This document shows, one piece after another, positions 61,279-64,000 of a stretch of 64,000 nt of DNA (position 1 is the first letter of the stretch; each line of letters starts with the position of its first letter). The position numbers and the translations under genes were made by a program. Origin of the DNA: Somniosus microcephalus. Lineage: Eukaryota. The notes below the pieces were generated by a model. The model did not search any database and had not been told where the DNA came from. It was given only the letters and a program-made list of their open reading frames with translations. The stretch spans positions 72,850,001 through 72,914,000 of the forward strand of contig CM126204.1 in the NCBI GenBank assembly GCA_052327205.1. The letters are read 5' to 3'.

Positions 61279-62998
61279 GGGCAGGATTTTCCCTGTGGAG
61301 GCGGAATGGCGGCGGGAGAGCTGGTTGGCGGGTTCCAGTCCCGTTCCCGTCTGCAGCCGCTTTCTGAAAATGATTTTCCGTTGATTGGCCTGGTTAAGCC
61401 CCGCGGGGTTCCCAGCAAATGAACAAGAAGCGGGTCTGATGACACCATTTGATGACGTGTCATCAGCCGGTTTCCTTAAAGGGACCACGGCCACATTGAT
61501 TTTGACAGTTGTGCTGTCAGTTTTCTGCAGTATTGAGGTGCTGCAAACACTGACAAGCACTGCACAAAGGTGCATGGCTGCACCCAGGCTCTCACATGAC
61601 TCCCTCCATATGCTTATGGAGGGAGTCACAGCATGCAGGGAGGTTCTCTTCCCTTCCATTGGGCGGAAGAGACCTCCCCAAGAGATCAACACAGCCCGGT
61701 TGCACATTGCACAGGAGGACACAAGCAGGGATGTCGTCAGGAGTCCCTGGCTGCAGTGGTGCCAACCTTTCAATGATCTCAGTGGATCACGAAACGTTAC
61801 TGCAAAACCACACTCAAGCTCACCCTGCTGTGCCACTCATCACATCCCCATCACTCAGCCTTCCCTACCCTACTTCTGCACATCCTTACTCACACCAACT
61901 TACCTTGCACCTCCACCCATCCCTCTCTATCTACATTATCACTTCCCCGTCTCACTAGCTACCCCTCACACTCGCCCTCATCCTAGTCCAATCATATCAA
62001 CTAACCACACACAAGGGTAGGCACTTGGATGTAAATGTTCTGTTAATGTGTTGTCAAACATTGAAATCTTTATTTTCAACACTTTGCCTTATTGTACAGA
62101 TCTCTGTTCACCTTTGGAAGTATCTTTAAGAGTTGCAGTGAATGGTTAGAGATAACGGTACCCCCCACAATGGTGATGAGTGTGAAAGGAATGGCTTGGT
62201 CATTGTAGGAATGCTTTATGATGTTGGTGTGGGGTGGTGCCAACCTGGCGCATCATGTGGCAGCCAGGGTGTACAGTGTCAAGTGAAGTAAATCTGGCCA
62301 TGGTGAGGCCATCGCTGGCCTTCCGGGCAGCAATGTGGTCGGGTGCTGATGACCTGTGTCATGTGCAGCATCAGGTGATTGCGGAGAAGGTTGGTGCTGT
62401 TGGTGTGCCTGATGGTGTTGGTGCTGGGGCTGATCGTGGAGGGATTCAGAGGACCAAGGTGAGATTTTTTCAAGGGCACCGATGTTGCTGCAATAGATGG
62501 CAGCTGAAGTTGAGATGGCAGATGCGATCTGTCAATGGAGAGAGAGCTTGCTCCAAGGAGGTGACAGTGCATATAAAGTTCACAACACATATTTACAACC
62601 TCAATACAGCTCAAATGTGTCTTCCAAATCCTGAAATCAGCAACTTCTGGCATTTGAAAATAACTGATGTGAAAGGTTAGGTTTTATGCTGCAGTTGCAG
62701 CTGTGAACTATTCAGCTCGTTAGAAGACCCGATACACTCAGCTGGCATGTTTGCCGAATGACGTGAAACACGTAGAAAATTTGTGAAAATAGAAAAAGTC
62801 TGGCAAAATAGCAGTTAACAAGGAGTTAACAAGCTGTTAACTACCTTAAGTGCCTCTCCCGCCGCTTGGTGTCAGGCCTGTTCTGAAGTCGCAGACCTGG
62901 CACTTTGGAAATTGGCATGGAGACACCGTCAATCATTTTGAATTTAACAGCTGACCCGCCTCCGAACTTGCCCTCTGAGCGCCAGCAAAATTGCAGCC
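61279..62998 (+). mobile_element. Internally deleted Harbinger derivative retaining Myb exon 1, copy 2
   Basis: Termini gggcaggatttt / aaaattgcagcc and TSD AGA; homologous to 53630-55189. Confidence 0.85.
61550..61800 (+). pseudogene. Myb/SANT-like (trihelix) domain exon of the Harbinger derivative
   Basis: AAPRLSHDSLHMLMEGVTACREVLFP...LHIAQE..SR.VV.SPWLQW.QPFNDL, parallel to the 17762-18034 exon. Confidence 0.75.
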
Positions 62999-63206
62999 AG
63001 AGTTTATAATAGGTGTCCAGATTTTCATCAAAAGTGGTTAAGTATTTAACAACAAGAGTTTTGCTCCATTCAATTGCATTCGAGTAACAAGTGTTCCACT
63101 ATCTTTGAGTTTAGCAGGTTCTGGTAAATCATAAATTTGTCTGTTTAGATAGTGGTCATCTATCAAATAACTAGTTAGTAGAAAGGATCATCTTGATTCT
63201 CTCAGA

Positions 63207-63445
63207 ATTTTTTTTTTATTCGTTCACGGGATGTGGGCATCGTTGGCAAGGCCAGCATTTATTGCCCATCCCTAATTGCCCTTGAACAACTGAGTGGCTT
63301 GCTGGACCATTTCAGAGGGCAGTTATGAGTTGACCACATTGCTGTGGGCCTGGAGTCACATATAGGCCAGACCGGGTAAGGACGGCAGATTTCCTTCCTT
63401 AAAGGACATTCGTGAACCAGATGGGTTTTTACAACAATCCGGTAG
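63207..63445 (-). mobile_element. Abundant elasmobranch SINE-like repeat
   Basis: Poly-T followed by gccagcatttattgcccatccctaattgccc...ggagtcacat.taggccagacc, recalled as a common shark repeat. Confidence 0.6.
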
Positions 63446-64000
63446 AATGCTGTATAATATATTGATCCTAACTGGATAGTGTGCCTGCCATATCCCTGAG
63501 TTGTTGACTTCTGCTTAGGCTGCTAAAGAGAAGTACTAAGTGAATGCCAGGTATATCCTGACAGGGAAATGGGAAAGCAGTCAAGGACTACATTTTACAC
63601 ACCAAGCAATTGTCTCAACTGCAGCGGAGGCTTGAGAGAACATCATCTGGCCACCTTTTGGCCTGCAGTTGGTGTGTGGCCAGGGAAGAGCATGGTCTAC
63701 AGCAGCAGTATATGAGCAGTTGATCTCTCTTTGGGTAATTTTTTATTTCTGGAGAAGCACCTTGTCTTTGCTTGTTGCTGACTCCCGATGAGTAAACTGA
63801 GATTGGGGGCTCACTATTTGAATAATTGTGGTTGTGAGCTGGTATTTTGCACATCAATTTGTCTTATGCTCACAGTATGATTCTTGACTATTACTTTTGA
63901 GATATTTGTGCATATTGTAATGGAAAGATGGTTCCTGTTGAGTTTCCAAACCAATATTGACCAAAAATAGGGAATGGTAGGGCTAATGGTGAGGCTTTAG

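Overview
Eukaryotic, AT-rich, TE-dense DNA. Its repeats (CR1-like LINEs with an esterase ORF1, SacSINE1/DeuSINE-like SINEs, other shark-type repeats) point to a cartilaginous fish, probably a shark (inference). Bases ~1-7500 are TE-free and rich in CpG, like a promoter or non-methylated island. This block holds a candidate small-exon gene on the minus strand and candidate first exons of a plus-strand gene. The rest looks intronic or intergenic, with no recognisable host coding exon. It contains a decayed full-length PIF/Harbinger transposon (HARBI1-like transposase plus a convergent Myb/SANT gene, ~14.6-18.3 kb), two Myb-retaining Harbinger deletion derivatives, about ten Harbinger-type MITEs and two young Tc1/pogo-type MITEs with C-rich tandem cores. 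It also has several CR1 LINEs (one near full length, one with an unbroken 530-aa RT ORF), an L2 fragment, SINEs, and two copies of an old palindromic hairpin element. No prokaryotic-type system is visible. The most unusual signals are perfect 5' splice donors and palindromes concentrated in the Harbinger MITEs, the hairpin family, and unrecognised in-frame exon chains near the CpG-rich region. All calls were made by eye; no database search was run.
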